NCBI GenBank assembly: GCA_051453625.1
Contig: JBOZIK010000001.1
Span: forward strand, 1,549,798-1,612,668
Source: Welwitschia mirabilis
Taxonomy: Eukaryota
Length of the DNA stretch: 62,871 nucleotides
Reading direction: 5' to 3'
Part shown: piece after piece, positions 39,300 through 52,916 of the stretch
Layout of the letters: each line of letters begins with the position of its first letter
How positions within the stretch are numbered: position 1 is the stretch's first letter
Made by a program: the position numbers and the translations under genes
The notes under the pieces: generated by a model
Told to the model about the DNA's origin: nothing
What the model saw: the letters and a program-made list of their open reading frames with translations, nothing else
Databases searched by the model: none

Positions 39300-40753
39300 G
39301 GATTATTTGTGTGTAGCATAATAAAACAAAAATAAAATAGGCAAGGACTTAGCATCACTCTACAATAGGGATAAATTTGATGTATTATTAAATATTACAT
39401 AGAATTTTTTTCTCATAATTACAATCAATGGAAAATAGAAAAGTGGAGAATGCTGTTGAAACTACATTTGGAGAGTTAGGAAAATAAACAAGATTCAAGG
39501 CTTTAACTCAATTCATCTTCTAGAAGTCCTTCAATCCAAATATATCTTGTGAATTTGTAAAACATATTTAAACTATCAAATAGTGATGGCTTAAGTCATG
39601 GCAACATAATCCTATTTACCATATGAAGATTGGTGAACTCAATAGCCACTTGGACCTTCATAGCCCTTAAATATGAATGGAAAGTAAGGATTTAAAGTAC
39701 TTAAAATTCATTAAATAAAATATACTTTAAGTTAATAAAGTATGGAATCCATTCAAATAAGAACATAAATTGATACTAGAGTTACTGCTAAAGAATTACA
39801 AGTACAAAGTTATCTGCAACCTGAAATCAAAAGAAAATGACTACTTGTATTAAATCAAAATCACACAATACATTGATGGAAGAAGGAAGGTGGTAAGACC
39901 TCCTTAAGATATGCTTNNNNNNNNNNNNNNNNNNNNNNNNNNNNNNNNNNNNNNNNNNNNNNNNNNNNNNNNNNNNNNNNNNNNNNNNNNNNNNNNNNNN
40001 NNNNNNNNNNNNNNNNCCTCCTTAAGATATGCTTAAAACAAGCTCACTCTCAAAAAAAGTGCTTAAAAGCCATATCAACCTAACGCACCAAAGATTCCAC
40101 TACTTTACCAAAATAAAAGATATTACAAATGAGTACTCAAGGCCCTTTTATAGGTAAGTACAAGGTGGAGGGTGGTTGAAAGCCCTTGGCTTATAGCATT
40201 ATATAAGTAGTTACAAACTCTTGGAATGTAGCATTAAAGGGGTTATTTATCCTCTTTCATAAGGTAAGAATCATTATGATGAGTTCAATACTTAACTTCC
40301 AGATGCTGCTTCTTCTACTAACCACTATCATTATCATGTGTTTCCCATGTCATCTCACTCAGCACTACCATATGTCACTACTACATTTTCATCCTTATCA
40401 TTGTCATGTTTGGTAAAAGATGCAAGTTATTTTCGATGTGAAATGAATTAAATTCATAATTATATTCTACTTATTTCCCTATGATAAGTTTAAAACATGC
40501 ATTTTGAAGTGTTCCACTTAGAAAGACTAATGACACCAGTGATTTGGATAGTGATGCTAATGTTTTAGGTTGAATAATGTTCATACTTTACCATGTTCTT
40601 CTAGATGAGATAATAATCCTAGAAATGTTATGAAAAAATGATAAGTCCATAAAAAATGTTAAAAAGTCATAGAAGACATAATTTCATGATAAATAAAATA
40701 TTTTAATATCTTTTATTAACTTAAATTAATAAGATAAATCAATTACGCTAACA
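39300..40753 (-). repeat. 3' LTR of element E (left boundary approximate)
   Basis: Related to the LTRs of C and F (aaggccctttatatagg..ggtggtt..agcccttggcttatagcatt block); ends ...gctaaca next to PPT cacctcct (40754-40761). Confidence 0.7.
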
Positions 40754-42199
40754 CACCTCCTAATCAAACTTTTTCTAGCCTTTTAGAAAATGTTGGTAAT
40801 GAAATGATTAGCATGACAAATACTCAAATGTACAAAATGATATATCTTTTTAAGAAATTTATGATCAACTTTTTGAAATTAAGGCATCAAAATTTAAGAA
40901 TTCTGTAAAATGGATGTTATACCTCCAACCAAAACTAAACTTATCCTCAAAGTTTTATAATAAGAAGTATTAATATTATTTTAGGAACATATCTTAGGAA
41001 AACATTTTATCTTAATAAGCCTCTTTTTATTAAAATAAAATATGAAAAGAAATGCAACTAGCCTATGAAAGCTATCTAATGGGAGATGACCACTATTTAA
41101 TTTCTCTTGAAAAAGTTAAGTGAAAGATTAATCTGTTAAAATAGTTATGCCTTATGACATTCTTTTGAATGAAATCTGGGTGAAATGGAATGAGTGATAA
41201 GGATTAAAAATGATAACATAAAAAAGAAGTCAACCATACAATTGATGAATAAAGGGATAAATTATGTAAGGCAATAGTAGATCTCAATATCAAAAAAGCA
41301 TAGTATTGATTAAATAACTTTAAATATTTCAATAAATATCACAACAAATCTTAAGCATTAAAGCTAAATACAAAATAACTCAAAAGAATTCAATTCCCAC
41401 CTTTTTCTTTCTATTGTTTTCCCTTTCTACCAGCATATATGCTCTTTGTTTTAAGCATTTTGAATTACATTGAGCATCTAATGTTATGGCATTTTCTTCC
41501 AATAGAGTTAAACATGTTATTTTGTAAAGAAATTAATGTTGCATTGCCAATGAGCATTTCTAGCCCTGATGTAGTTGATTATCTCATAATTAGATCATTA
41601 GAGCTACATTGCCAATCAGTGTCATAGCCCTAACATAGTTAATTAAACCTAATTAAGTGATTAATGAGATATGCTTTATGGAAAGGGATGTTATACTTTT
41701 CTCTTTATTCTCTTTCTCATATTTATTTTTTTAACACATAAGAGAGGTCATTGACTCATTAGCCTAGTTAAGAAAAATCTTGTCTCCATCAAAATATTTA
41801 AACATAAGGATCATAATATAAATATATATTTCACATTTTTTATCCATAATTACCAAACTTAGATACTATAAGTGAATGTTACTTCAATAATCATATTCAA
41901 AATAAGTTTAACTCTTCCTTAAAAAATCATAAGTGTACTTAATTATAACATTCACTAAAAATAATAGTGAGATAACTTTATTATTGATTTTTATTAAAGG
42001 CCATTAACTTGGGCTTATAAGTCTCATAAATTCATAAGTTGATGAGAGGAGTGGATGGTAATGTTTTAGATGATATCCATTGACTTTAAATTACTAGTGG
42101 TTTTAGGGTTCACAATGAGAAATACACCATTCAACAAGACCTTTGTTATTAACTATAAATATTTCCAATTAGAAACTAATTTTCATGAAAATAAATATA

Positions 42200-45100
42200 A
42201 TTGTAAGTTGTAAAGTAAAACTATTAAATCTTCTTCTTGAAATGTTTTCCGAATATGTTTTAATTGTGTAATTTTTTCATCTTTTCTTTGTTGATTTTCA
42301 TATTCTCATAAGTATCATTCATGATTTTATCTAACTCATTAAGTTAGATGGTCCTTTTCTTTCTTAATAACTCAAGGTTTAAATTCATGTTTTTGGTTGC
42401 TCAATATGCTTTATGTTCAAGTTTTATAATTAAGTAACAACTTGTTCCATAGGCTAACTAAATAGGAACATTTCTAAATGTGCTTTATAAGCTATTTAAT
42501 AGGCCCATAAAACATTATTAATCTTAGAAGACTAATCTTTTCTAGTTAAATTCATTACCTTTTGTAAAATATTCTTTATTTATCTAGTGGTGACCTCAAC
42601 TTGACCACTAGTTTATGGATGGTAAGGTGTTGAAACTTTATGAGTAACCCCACACTTAGCAAGAATATTATTAAATATTATCTTAGCAAAATGAGTGCCT
42701 TAATCACTAATCAAGACTTAAGAATAACAAAGTCTTGTTAACATGTTTTCATTAAAGAGTTTCACTACAATTTGGGCATCATTAGATGGATAAGTGCATG
42801 CTTCTACCTATTTAGCGACATAATTAATACAAATAAGAATAGAATGGTGTCCATTTGAAGAAGGATATGGCCTTTAAAATTAATATCTTAAATATCAAAG
42901 AGTTCAATTATGAGAATGGGGTTTAAAGATATCATATGTTTTTGTGAAAGGCTACTAATTTTTTGGTAACAGTTGCAAGTTTTGCAATAAAGGTAGAAAT
43001 CTTTAAAAGTGAATGAGTAATAAAAAATAGATTAGACAATATTTGTAGTAATTTTATTAGTAGAATAATGATCACTACAAGCCTTAAAATGGAAATGCTT
43101 AAGGATGTTATGAATTTCAAATTAAGGGATACATTTACAAATGACTTGATTTTTGTAATACTTAAACAGATAAGAACTATCCCAAAAAGAAGTATTTAGC
43201 TTAACTAAAGAATTTTTTCCTATCATTAAAGATCCAGTAAGAGAAAATAATCTTAGAAACTAAGGAGTTTGTAATATTGACAAACTAAGGTAATTTAAAA
43301 ATAGAGAAAAGTTATTTCTTAGAAAAAGTATCATTGATGGAAAGGAATGTTTGCAAGTTTTCTTAAGTTATTATTGGAAGTTAGTGTCCAATAACATTAA
43401 TAAAGCCTTTTTTATCCTTAATTTCTAAATCAAACTCTTACAACATTATAATACATTTAATTAATCTAGGATTTGAATCCTTTTTAACAAATAAGTATCC
43501 AAGGGTTAAGCATTATGAGTAGTTAATTACCTTAGAACCTAGAAGATATTGCATAAATTTTTCTAAGGTAGAAAATATGGCAAGAAGATATTTATTAGTG
43601 ACCATGTAATTTAGTTGAGTGTTGTTCAAAGTTCCACTTGCATAATAGATTATAGTTATTTTCTATCTATCCTTTATTCTAACACAACTTCAACTACATA
43701 ATCACTAACATTACACATTATTTAAAAGTTTAATTTCCAATTAGTTGTTTTAATGAGAGGAGTGGAGATGAGTTTTTCTTTAAGTTCTTTAAAAGCTTAT
43801 TCACACTTAGGGGTCTAGGTAAAATTGGCATCTTTACTTAGAACTTCATAAAGTAATTTAGAAATATTTCTAAAGTCTTTAATAAACCTCTTGTAATATC
43901 CTATATGTCTTTTAAAAAGGATCTAATGTCATTCTTTTTTTTCAAGAATAGATAAATGTGTGATTAATAAGACTTTTTTAGGATTTACTTAAATTCATTC
44001 TTGATGTATAACATATCCTAATGCTATGCCCTTTTTTTCCATGAAATGACATTTTTTCTAATTTAACACAAGGTGTATTTCTATGCATCACATAAGGATA
44101 AGTTCTAAGTTATGAAGATAATGGTCAAAAGAGGCCTCATAGATAGAGAAATCATCCATAAATTTTTTAACATGTGAGCCTAGTAAATTAGAAAAAATTC
44201 CAAGCATGTAACATTGGAAAGTAAGAGGGCATTACACAAACTAAAAAACATTCTTCTATAAGAAAAGATTATATATGAACAGTTTTTTAAAGTGAATTTA
44301 TCTTGATTCTTAGGGATGATTTCTATTTGGTTGTACCCGAAATACCCATCTAAAATTAATAAAAAGGATGTATAACAAGTTATTATAAACTTTAGTCAAA
44401 AAATAAAAGAAGGAATGATCATTCTTAGAAATGGTATTCAGTTTTCCCATTTAACTATAGGCCTAACAGGGATAATTTTGTTGTGTTCATTTCACTCTAG
44501 GATGATTTTAAATTTCTTAACTATTATTTAAATTTGACTTATACATTTACTATCTAACAGGGGATAGATAATTCCATTGTGTAAGAGTTTGATTACTTCA
44601 TTATTTACTAAATCTTTGAATATTTGGTTTATTCTTTACTAGGCTTCTAAGGATGGCTTAACATTTTATTATAAATAAATGTTATGCATGTAAATTCTAG
44701 GGTTAATGACTCTAATCTTATAGAGATCCATCAAATTACTTGTTTATGCTTCCTTAAAACATTTAGTAACTTAGTTTTTTAGGATGACAATAAGGAGGAA
44801 TTTATCACTACTAAAAAGGTGGAATTATATCCTAAGAAAGAATATTTAAGAACATTTATAAGAGGTTTAAGTTTAATGGATGATTTTTCCTAAGTGATGA
44901 TGTAGGATTCTCATTATTGAGGAAGCTCTAAGTATTACACTTATGTGTGAAAGGCTCTTGGTCTTCCAGAAGGCTTTCTGTCATATCCACATATTCTATT
45001 CCATCATCATTAGAAGGTAATTTCATGATATTAAAAACATCTAATTCTATGGTAATATTTTTAAAATATATTTTTATCAAATTATACCTATAGTTAATTA

Positions 45101-45946
45101 AGGTTCTTGAGGTTAATAGAAAAGGTCTTCCTAAGATAATAGGTATTAACTAGTTTGTTGTATCTTCCATATCTAAAACCAAAAAATCCAATGAGAAGTA
45201 ATAGCTATTTATCCTACTAATGACATCCTAAATAACTTCTAATGGAGTTTTTATAGAGTTATCAATAATATAGAGTTAAATCTTAGTATTTTTAAAGATT
45301 TCAAGCCTTATCATTTGTAGTTTCCATAAGCAAGTAAGTTTACACTAGCTTCTAAGTCTAATAAGTCTTTGTTAAGTTATTTATCTTCTAAGGTAATGGC
45401 AATTGTAGGGCATCTATCATCTTTGTATCTGATTGAAAATTGGTTTTAAAGGACCACACTTATTTCCCCCTCTAAAAAGGCTTTACTTTTCACATTTATG
45501 CATTTTTCACTATACACATGTCTTTAAGGGACTTTGCATAAGAAGGAACGTATTTAATGCCTTCTAAGAGAAAGATATTTATCTTAACTTCTTTAAATAT
45601 TTTTAAAGTTTCTAATTGTTTTTTCATGAAGTTTTCCTTCTTAATTTATTGAGGGAAAAATAAAGGCTCTTTGTAAATGGACAAAGTTCCTCTATTATTT
45701 CATCTTCTTCCTTGTTTCCTATGGAAATTAGTTTTACCTTAGTTATGTTTTTCTTGAGTTGAATGTTTAGTTCTTTTTCACTCTTAGTGTAAATGGCCTT
45801 AGTTTCTTTAATGTTAATAGGGTTTAATACTTTTATAAATTTAATTCCTTTAGGGTTTATATAGGAGCTCATAGGGAGTGATCGAGATTCTCTTTGATTT
45901 AGGGAAGAAGAAATGTATTGAAGAATTTGTATTTGGATTTGATCAA
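42200..45946 (-). mobile_element. Element E: Athila-type gag(C-term)-PR-RT-RH-INT relic
   Basis: LNQRESRSLP..NPKG (ORF 45624-45953); PR LLDLEASVN (~45350); RT LDGYFGYNQ (~44340), FMDDFS (~44155); RH ~43380-43750; INT PILIIELFDI*DINFKG (~42880-42920), HKVSTPYHP*TSGQVEV (~42600-42640). Confidence 0.93.
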
Positions 45947-47288
45947 TGATCATGTTTTAAAGTGATCTAAATTTAAGCTTATTTAAAAACTTAGTTATCA
46001 TTCTTTAATAAGGATAATTAAGATTAGTTAATTAGAAGTTATAAAAACTCTTGCTAACTTGTAATTTATAAAAAGAAAGAAAAGGGATAAGAAGATCAAG
46101 TTGAAAATTGTTTTGAAATGTCATCTAGAAAAGTGGGAACAAGAAAACTCTAAGCATTATCTGATTCATTCTCTTGCAAATAGTTACTTAATCATATGAA
46201 ATACTAATATGAAATAAACTTCAAATGATCAAATGTAAAGACTCAAGTCATGATGACATAATGTAATTCATCATTTGATTATTGGTGAATTAAATTATCA
46301 TTGATTCCACATTCTTATAATAAAATGAAAAGTACAAACTAACTGTGCATAATATTCATAAAATTACTAAGACTATGAACCAATTAATTTAATCAAATTT
46401 AGTTAGTTGACTAAACTAAAACTTGATAGTGCATTATTTATTACAAATACCTAGTATAAAATGAATTGAAACTAACAATCAAAAGATAACAAATCTTTAG
46501 TATTGAATCAAAAAAATATACATTATATGAAAGGTAAAGGAGTCAGATATGACTCCACAAAATCCTTGAAAATAAGCTCAATTCATAAGTAAGTACTCAG
46601 AATATTATTATGCATTGATGCTTCAATGGTTTCATGCTTTGTTAATGTTTACAATAAGGGATTCAAGGCCCTTATATATGTGAGTGTAGGGGTGGAAAAT
46701 GGTTATAAGAATTTGACTTATAGCATTAGGTAAGTGGTTATAAAATGATAGCATTAAATATTATGGTTTTTTTCTTTTCTATTTGGTAAAGATTTTTATA
46801 AAAATATAAAAACTTCACTCTTAGATGTTTTTGCTTATGTGAATTGTCAGTATCATTACATGTCTTCACCATTATCCTATTTAACAATGTCATGCATTAC
46901 TATTACATGCCACTGGCATCACTTTCACATGTCATCAAGGATGGAGGATACTTATAAGGTAAAATTTTATCAAGTCCACAAATTTAATTAACTAAATTTT
47001 GCATGATGTTTGAGAACCATGAGAATGATGATCCACTCTAAAAGACTAGTAGTACTATGTGACCTATACAATGGCATCAAAATTTTGGCAAGTAAGAGGG
47101 TCATTTTTAAGCATACCTTCAAGTTAGCATAAATAACCTGAAAATGTTATGGACAAAAGATAAGTTCAAAATGGTCATATAAAATCGATAGAAGACATGC
47201 TTCATGATAAAATTAATTATATCAATATTATTATTAAGATAAATTAGTTATTTAACTTGATTGTAATGATAATTTTTATATGTTAACA
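45947..47288 (-). repeat. 3' LTR of element F
   Basis: Colinear with 50955-52272. Confidence 0.9.
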
Positions 47289-50200
47289 CACCTCCTAATT
47301 AGGATTTTATAGTTCCTTAGCAAAATGTTAATAACAAAATTTTTAATCATGAAAAAATTATCTAAGTACTTAAGTATGAAAGTGATATAACTTAATCAAA
47401 TTGTATAGTCAATTTTAAGTAACTAAGCATTAAAATAAAAAATTTGATGAAAAAAAGGTGTCATACCCTACAACAAAAACTAAGCATTATCTTCAAAGTT
47501 TATGATGCAAAGTGTTTAAAGCATTTGAGAACATAGCTTTAGAAAAATTTTAATAAGTCCTTTTTATTAAAAACCATGCGAAGTAATGCAAATAAGCTAT
47601 GAAAGGGGAAAAAAAAAATAACTAATGCAAAAAGATTATTTTATTTCTTCTTAAGAATTCTAAGTAAAAAGATAGACCTTAAAAAGTTTATTTGATGAGG
47701 TAGGATTAAAGTGGAATGGATGATAGAAATGGGTAATGAAATGTGACAATGGAGTTAGCCATTAACCAATGAATAAATTATTAAACCTATCTAAGTTAAT
47801 AGTATTTATGATATTTTTGTATTTTTAATGGACCTAAAATATCAAATAAGCATAGTTCTGATCAAGTAACTTATACAAATCTAGTAAATCATAGCAAATT
47901 TAAGTATGAAGGTTAAAAGACAATATAACATCAAAATCCTTTGATTCCCACCTTTTTGGTTCCTTCATTTTTCATTTCTACTAGTGTATATGTCCTTAGT
48001 TTAAACCTTTGAATCACATTAAGCATCTAGTATTGTGACATCTCTCTCTAATATAATTAAGCATGTTGATGTATGAAGGAGTCAATGTTGCATTTCCAAC
48101 AAGCATCTATAGGGTCAATGGAGTTAAACATGTCATAAAATATATCATTAGGGATACATTGTAAGTGAGCATATATGGCCCTAATGTAGTTAACTAAACC
48201 CAATTAAGTGATTAATGCTATATGTATTTAAAGAAGATATATATTATTTTTCTTTTATTTATCTTCTCATATTCATTTTCTTATGCATATTAGAGGGGTT
48301 ATTGGCTCATTAGTTTAATCAAGAGAAATCTTGTCCTTATTAAAGGCTTTAAACTTAAGGAATATGTACAAAGATAGATCCGACCTTCTCAACCAAGTTT
48401 TACTAAAGTTGGAAACCTTAAGTGAATGTGCTCTTAACTATCACTCTTGAAATAAGAATAACTCTTCCTTAAAGCCCATAAGTAAACTTAATTATAGCAA
48501 CCGTTACATAGGTAATAATAAGATTACTTGTTATTAATTTTTGTTAAAGGATATTTAATGTGAGGCTTAAGTCTTAGAAATCCATAAACGAATGATTGTA
48601 AGGGATGGCTTATGGGTTTAGTGGATTTATAGGAAACAAAAAGAATGAATGGAGAATATTTAAGGGGATGCAATTAGGAATTTCCTAGTAAAAAGATTTA
48701 AGGCAATGATTGTAATGATGGTAGTGTTTATTAGATTTTAGAGAAGAGAGATTATCAAGCACATATGTTTTTAAGTCTTTTATTTTTTTCTAAAAGAAAT
48801 TTATCCTTAAAAAACTCTAACCTAAAAGCTAAAAATTCTTTAAGGGAATATGTGCATGAAGGCTTAAGATTGTGGAAATTATTGTCAGATGATTTGAAAA
48901 TTTACAAAATATTTTGGACCTAGAGAAGATCTATGTAAATCATTGTAAGAGTTTATGAAATTCAAAAGAAAATTTGTGCAAGTAAAAAGGTTTATACATT
49001 TAAAATAAGCAGTAGTACATTCCTTAGCTTATTTATGTTTATCTAATAACTATTTCAAGACATTGTTTTAGGAATAAGATCAAAATGAATTGGAAATTAC
49101 TTGATAAGATAAGTATTCATTAGAAGAATTAAGGTCTTTTAAAGTTGATTTCAATTATATAAAAGTTTTTTTTTCCATATTTACTAAGGCTTAGTTCTTA
49201 ATTAATAAAAGGTGAAGATGAAATTATTAACTCATGAAGTTATTAAGAGAAATTCTCATAGTATGGATCAATTATGTGATTTTTACTAATGTTTCTTTCC
49301 TCGTCAAGTCCTTACGGGATTTCTTCTCATTTGATGGCTTAACTGACATTGGTTATAATTCAATGCTCTCTCTATTTATATTGCTTAAGGGTTCAACCTC
49401 TTTCGTAGAACTCTCTAAAGTATATCCTTCCTCACATGGTTGTTAATCTTTTGAATCTTCCTTTGACATGTTTAACCCTACTCTAAAATATAGATTTCTC
49501 ATAGATAATTGATCTTTTACTAGTATGTGCTTATATATAACATCCTCATGAATTCCCTCATTGGTTTATTCCCCATTAATGAATGTGACATAAATATCAT
49601 TGGTTTTAGATTTGTGGATTGAAGTAAGATCTTATTTTTATTGGTTGAGGATTCCCATGATTTGAGCATTAGTTTTGGAAATTTATTAGAGAATTTGGAT
49701 TTTGGATTTGAAAATTTTACTTAAAACTACCTAGGAAAGAGGAGGGTTATTCAAAAATTATTTTATGGTCTTGGTTAAGTTCATTTCAAGCATTCATGAA
49801 AGTTTGTACTAATTCCTCAAATGAAGTGGATGAAAGTTGTTGATGCATGAGGAATGATGAATGATGAGGATTAAATGGTGAAGGATAAGGGTCATGAGGT
49901 GTGATGGAATATGTAGGATTAAATTCTTATTAAAAATAGGATGTTTCACATTCAGGATAACGAGTTTGATTGATATGTGGGTCAAATGAATATGGAAAGA
50001 ATCACGAAGGCTAAAGTGTATCACATTAGATGTAGTTGCTTAAGACTTGCTTAAATCGAATGTAATCTCCTATAAATTTAATTGAATATAATTGGATATG
50101 TTATAGGAATTATCATAGTATTCATAGGAAACGTTGTGTTTAAAAGGTGTTTTAAATGGATTATGCACCCCAACTTATGTTAATTTTTTTAAAAAACAAA

Positions 50201-50931
50201 TCACAAATTCTTATTACAGGTTTACGTTATTTGCCTTTTAAAGTTTTAAAGTAAAACTTGATATTTAAAAAGTTTTAGATAGATAAGGAATTTTTTTTAA
50301 TAGAGTTTGAGATAGTTCTAATTGAAATGCCTAATAACACTAGTGAGGAAAGATAGCAGTGCCAGTCAAGATAAGAGTTAATGTTGTAGGAGAAATAGAA
50401 AGTTTTATAAATGTCCTGCAAATTGAATAATGTTATAGGATTATAAAATAAATAAAACAAAAAATAAAACTTGGAATGCACATGAAAAATAAAACTTGGA
50501 ATGCACATGAATTCATGCTTAACAAAAGTTAATTAAATTTTTTTTAGGGTTTTAGCATTTTAACTAGCAATCTCACATAAAAATAAAAATAAAAAACATA
50601 GGAAATAAAAATCATACAAAGCAAGTTAATTTTTAGTTTTTCACTTCTTGGTTATAACCTACAAAAATAGTATTAGCCCTATAACCAAATTAAGTTAAAG
50701 TAAGAAAGTATAAAGGAAAATTCAAAAAGGACTAGTTTGGTTATCATTAAAAATAATTAGTACCAACCATTGAAAATAAAGATAAAAAGCCATAGAAAAC
50801 AAAGAAAAAATGGACTAGTTCAAGTATCACTGAAGGGAACCAATGTCCACTACTAGGAAAACAAAGACTAGCCACAGACATATAAGAAAAAAAAAAAGTT
50901 ATGCTCTTTCTTAGTAACTATCATATCATTA

Positions 50932-50950
50932 TCCCCAACAACAGCATCAA
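50932..50950 (-). promoter_or_regulatory. tRNA-Asp PBS of element F
   Basis: TTGATGCTGTTGTTGGGGA vs TTGGCGCCGTTGCCGGGGA, 14/19; all 5 differences are C>T or G>A. Confidence 0.85.
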
Positions 50951-50954
50951 AAAC

Positions 50955-52272
50955 TGATCATGTTTTATAGTGATCTAGATTTAAAGTAAGTTAAAAACTT
51001 AGTTATCATTCTTTCATAGAGATAATTATGGTTGAATAATCAGAAATTATACAAGTTCTTGAAGAAGAGGGAGTTAAGAATTGTTTTGAAACTTTATCTA
51101 GAAAAGTAAAAAGCAAGCAAGCTTCAAGGATTATCTAATTCATCCTCTTGCAAATAATTACTTAACCATATATAAAACTAACATGAAATAAAATTTAGAC
51201 CATCAAGTGTAAAGGCTCAAGTTAGTATGACATAATCTCATTTACTATTTAAGTATTAGTGAATTTAATTATCATTGATCCCAAAGTCTTATAATAAAAA
51301 TGAAAAGTATGAACTAATTATGCATAAGAATTATGAAATTACTAAGACTATTAACTAATGAAATTAATCAAATTCACTTAGTTGACCAAAGTAAAACTTG
51401 ATAGTGCATTGCTTCTTAAGCATTCCTAATACAAACTTAATTAAAACTAACAATGAAAAGATAGTAACTCTTTATTATCGAATTAATAAAATATACATTA
51501 TATGAAATATGAAGAAAGTAAAAAGAACTTCTTAAGATCCTTGAAAATAAGCTCACTTCCTAAGGAAGTACTTAGAAGTCTATTACACCTTGATGCTTCA
51601 AAAGTTCCATGCTTTACCCAAATAAGGCTATTTATAATGAGAGACTTAAGGGCTCTTTATAAATGAGAATGAAAGTGGGGTTGGTTATAAGCCCTTGGAT
51701 TGTAGAATTAATTAAGTAGTTACAAAATAATGGCATTAAATAGGATGTTTTTTTTTCTTTTTCATTTGGTAGAAATTTACATGACACAGCTAACGCTTGA
51801 ATCCTGGATGCTACTACTTATATTAACTACTGATATTGTCATTGTTTCTTCCATCATCCTACTTAGTAATGCCATCTGTCAATATGATGTTTCATTATCA
51901 TCATTGCCATGTGTCATTAAGGATGGAGGATATTTACAAGTAAAATCTAATCAAGTCCATAACTCTAATTAATTGAATTTTGCATGACATATCAAGAACA
52001 TAAAAATTGAAGTAATCTACTCAATAAAACTAGTGAAGGTAGATGATCTTGGAAGTGGCATTGACATTTTGGTGTGGAAGATGAGCATTTCTAAGCATAT
52101 TCTTCAAGTTAGCATAAATAAGCTAAAAATATCACGGGCAAATAATAAGCCTATAATTTTTGTATAAAACCAATAGAAGACATGTTCTGTGATCAAATAA
52201 ATTATATTAATGTCTTCTACTAAGATAGTTGGTCATTTAATTTGATCATATATCAATTTTTACATGTTAATA
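50955..52272 (-). repeat. 5' LTR of element F
   Basis: Colinear with 45947-47288; adjacent to the PBS. Confidence 0.9.
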
Positions 52273-52916
52273 GGTAGTATTTTTTAGATTTTCTAAGGTA
52301 AAATAATGTTGTTTAAGAGTTATTTCATGATCATGATTAGTTTGAGTTTCATCATTATTAATCGAGGCTTAAGTGTCCATGAACTTTTTCATGGTCATGA
52401 TTAGTTTGAGTTAGATTTTCTTTAAAGAAGTGGATGATGATTTTTTTAGTAGTTTNNNNNNNNNNNNNNNNNNNNNNNNNNNNNNNNNNNNNNNNNNNNN
52501 NNNNNNNNNNNNNNNNNNNNNNNNNNNNNNNNNNNNNNNNNNNNNNNNNNNNNNNNNNNNNNNNNNNNNNNNNNNNNNNNNNNNNNNNNNNNNNNNNNNN
52601 NNNNNNNNNNNNNNNNNNNNNNNNNNNNNNNNNNNNNNNNNNNNNNNNNNNNNNNNNNNNNNNNNNNNNNNNNNNNNNNNNNNNNNNNNNNNNNNNNNNN
52701 NNNNNNNNNNNNNNNNNNNNNNNNNNNNNNNNNNNNNNNNNNNNNNNNNNNNNNNNNNNNNNNNNNNNNNNNNNNNNNNNNNNNNNNNNNNNNNNNNNNN
52801 NNNNNNNNNNNNNNNNNNNNNNNNNNNNNNNNNNNNNNNNNNNNNNNNNNNNNNNNNNNNNNNNNNNNNNNNNNNNNNNNNNNNNNNNNNNNNNNNNNNN
52901 NNNNNNNNNNNNNNNN

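Larger units (their letters stand above)
45947..52272 (-). mobile_element. Element F: non-autonomous Athila-derived element (LARD-like, no recognisable gag core or pol)
   Basis: LTRs 45947-47288 and 50955-52272 (tgatcatg...tgttaaca/ta), PPT cacctcct 47289-47296, PBS 50932-50950; 3' UTR homologous to C and E. No matching TSD seen. Confidence 0.88.

Noticed and set aside
38330..39300. Possible copia 3' LTR or host intergenic DNA
   Set aside because: No clear PPT, TG..CA ends or second copy, so it cannot be assigned.
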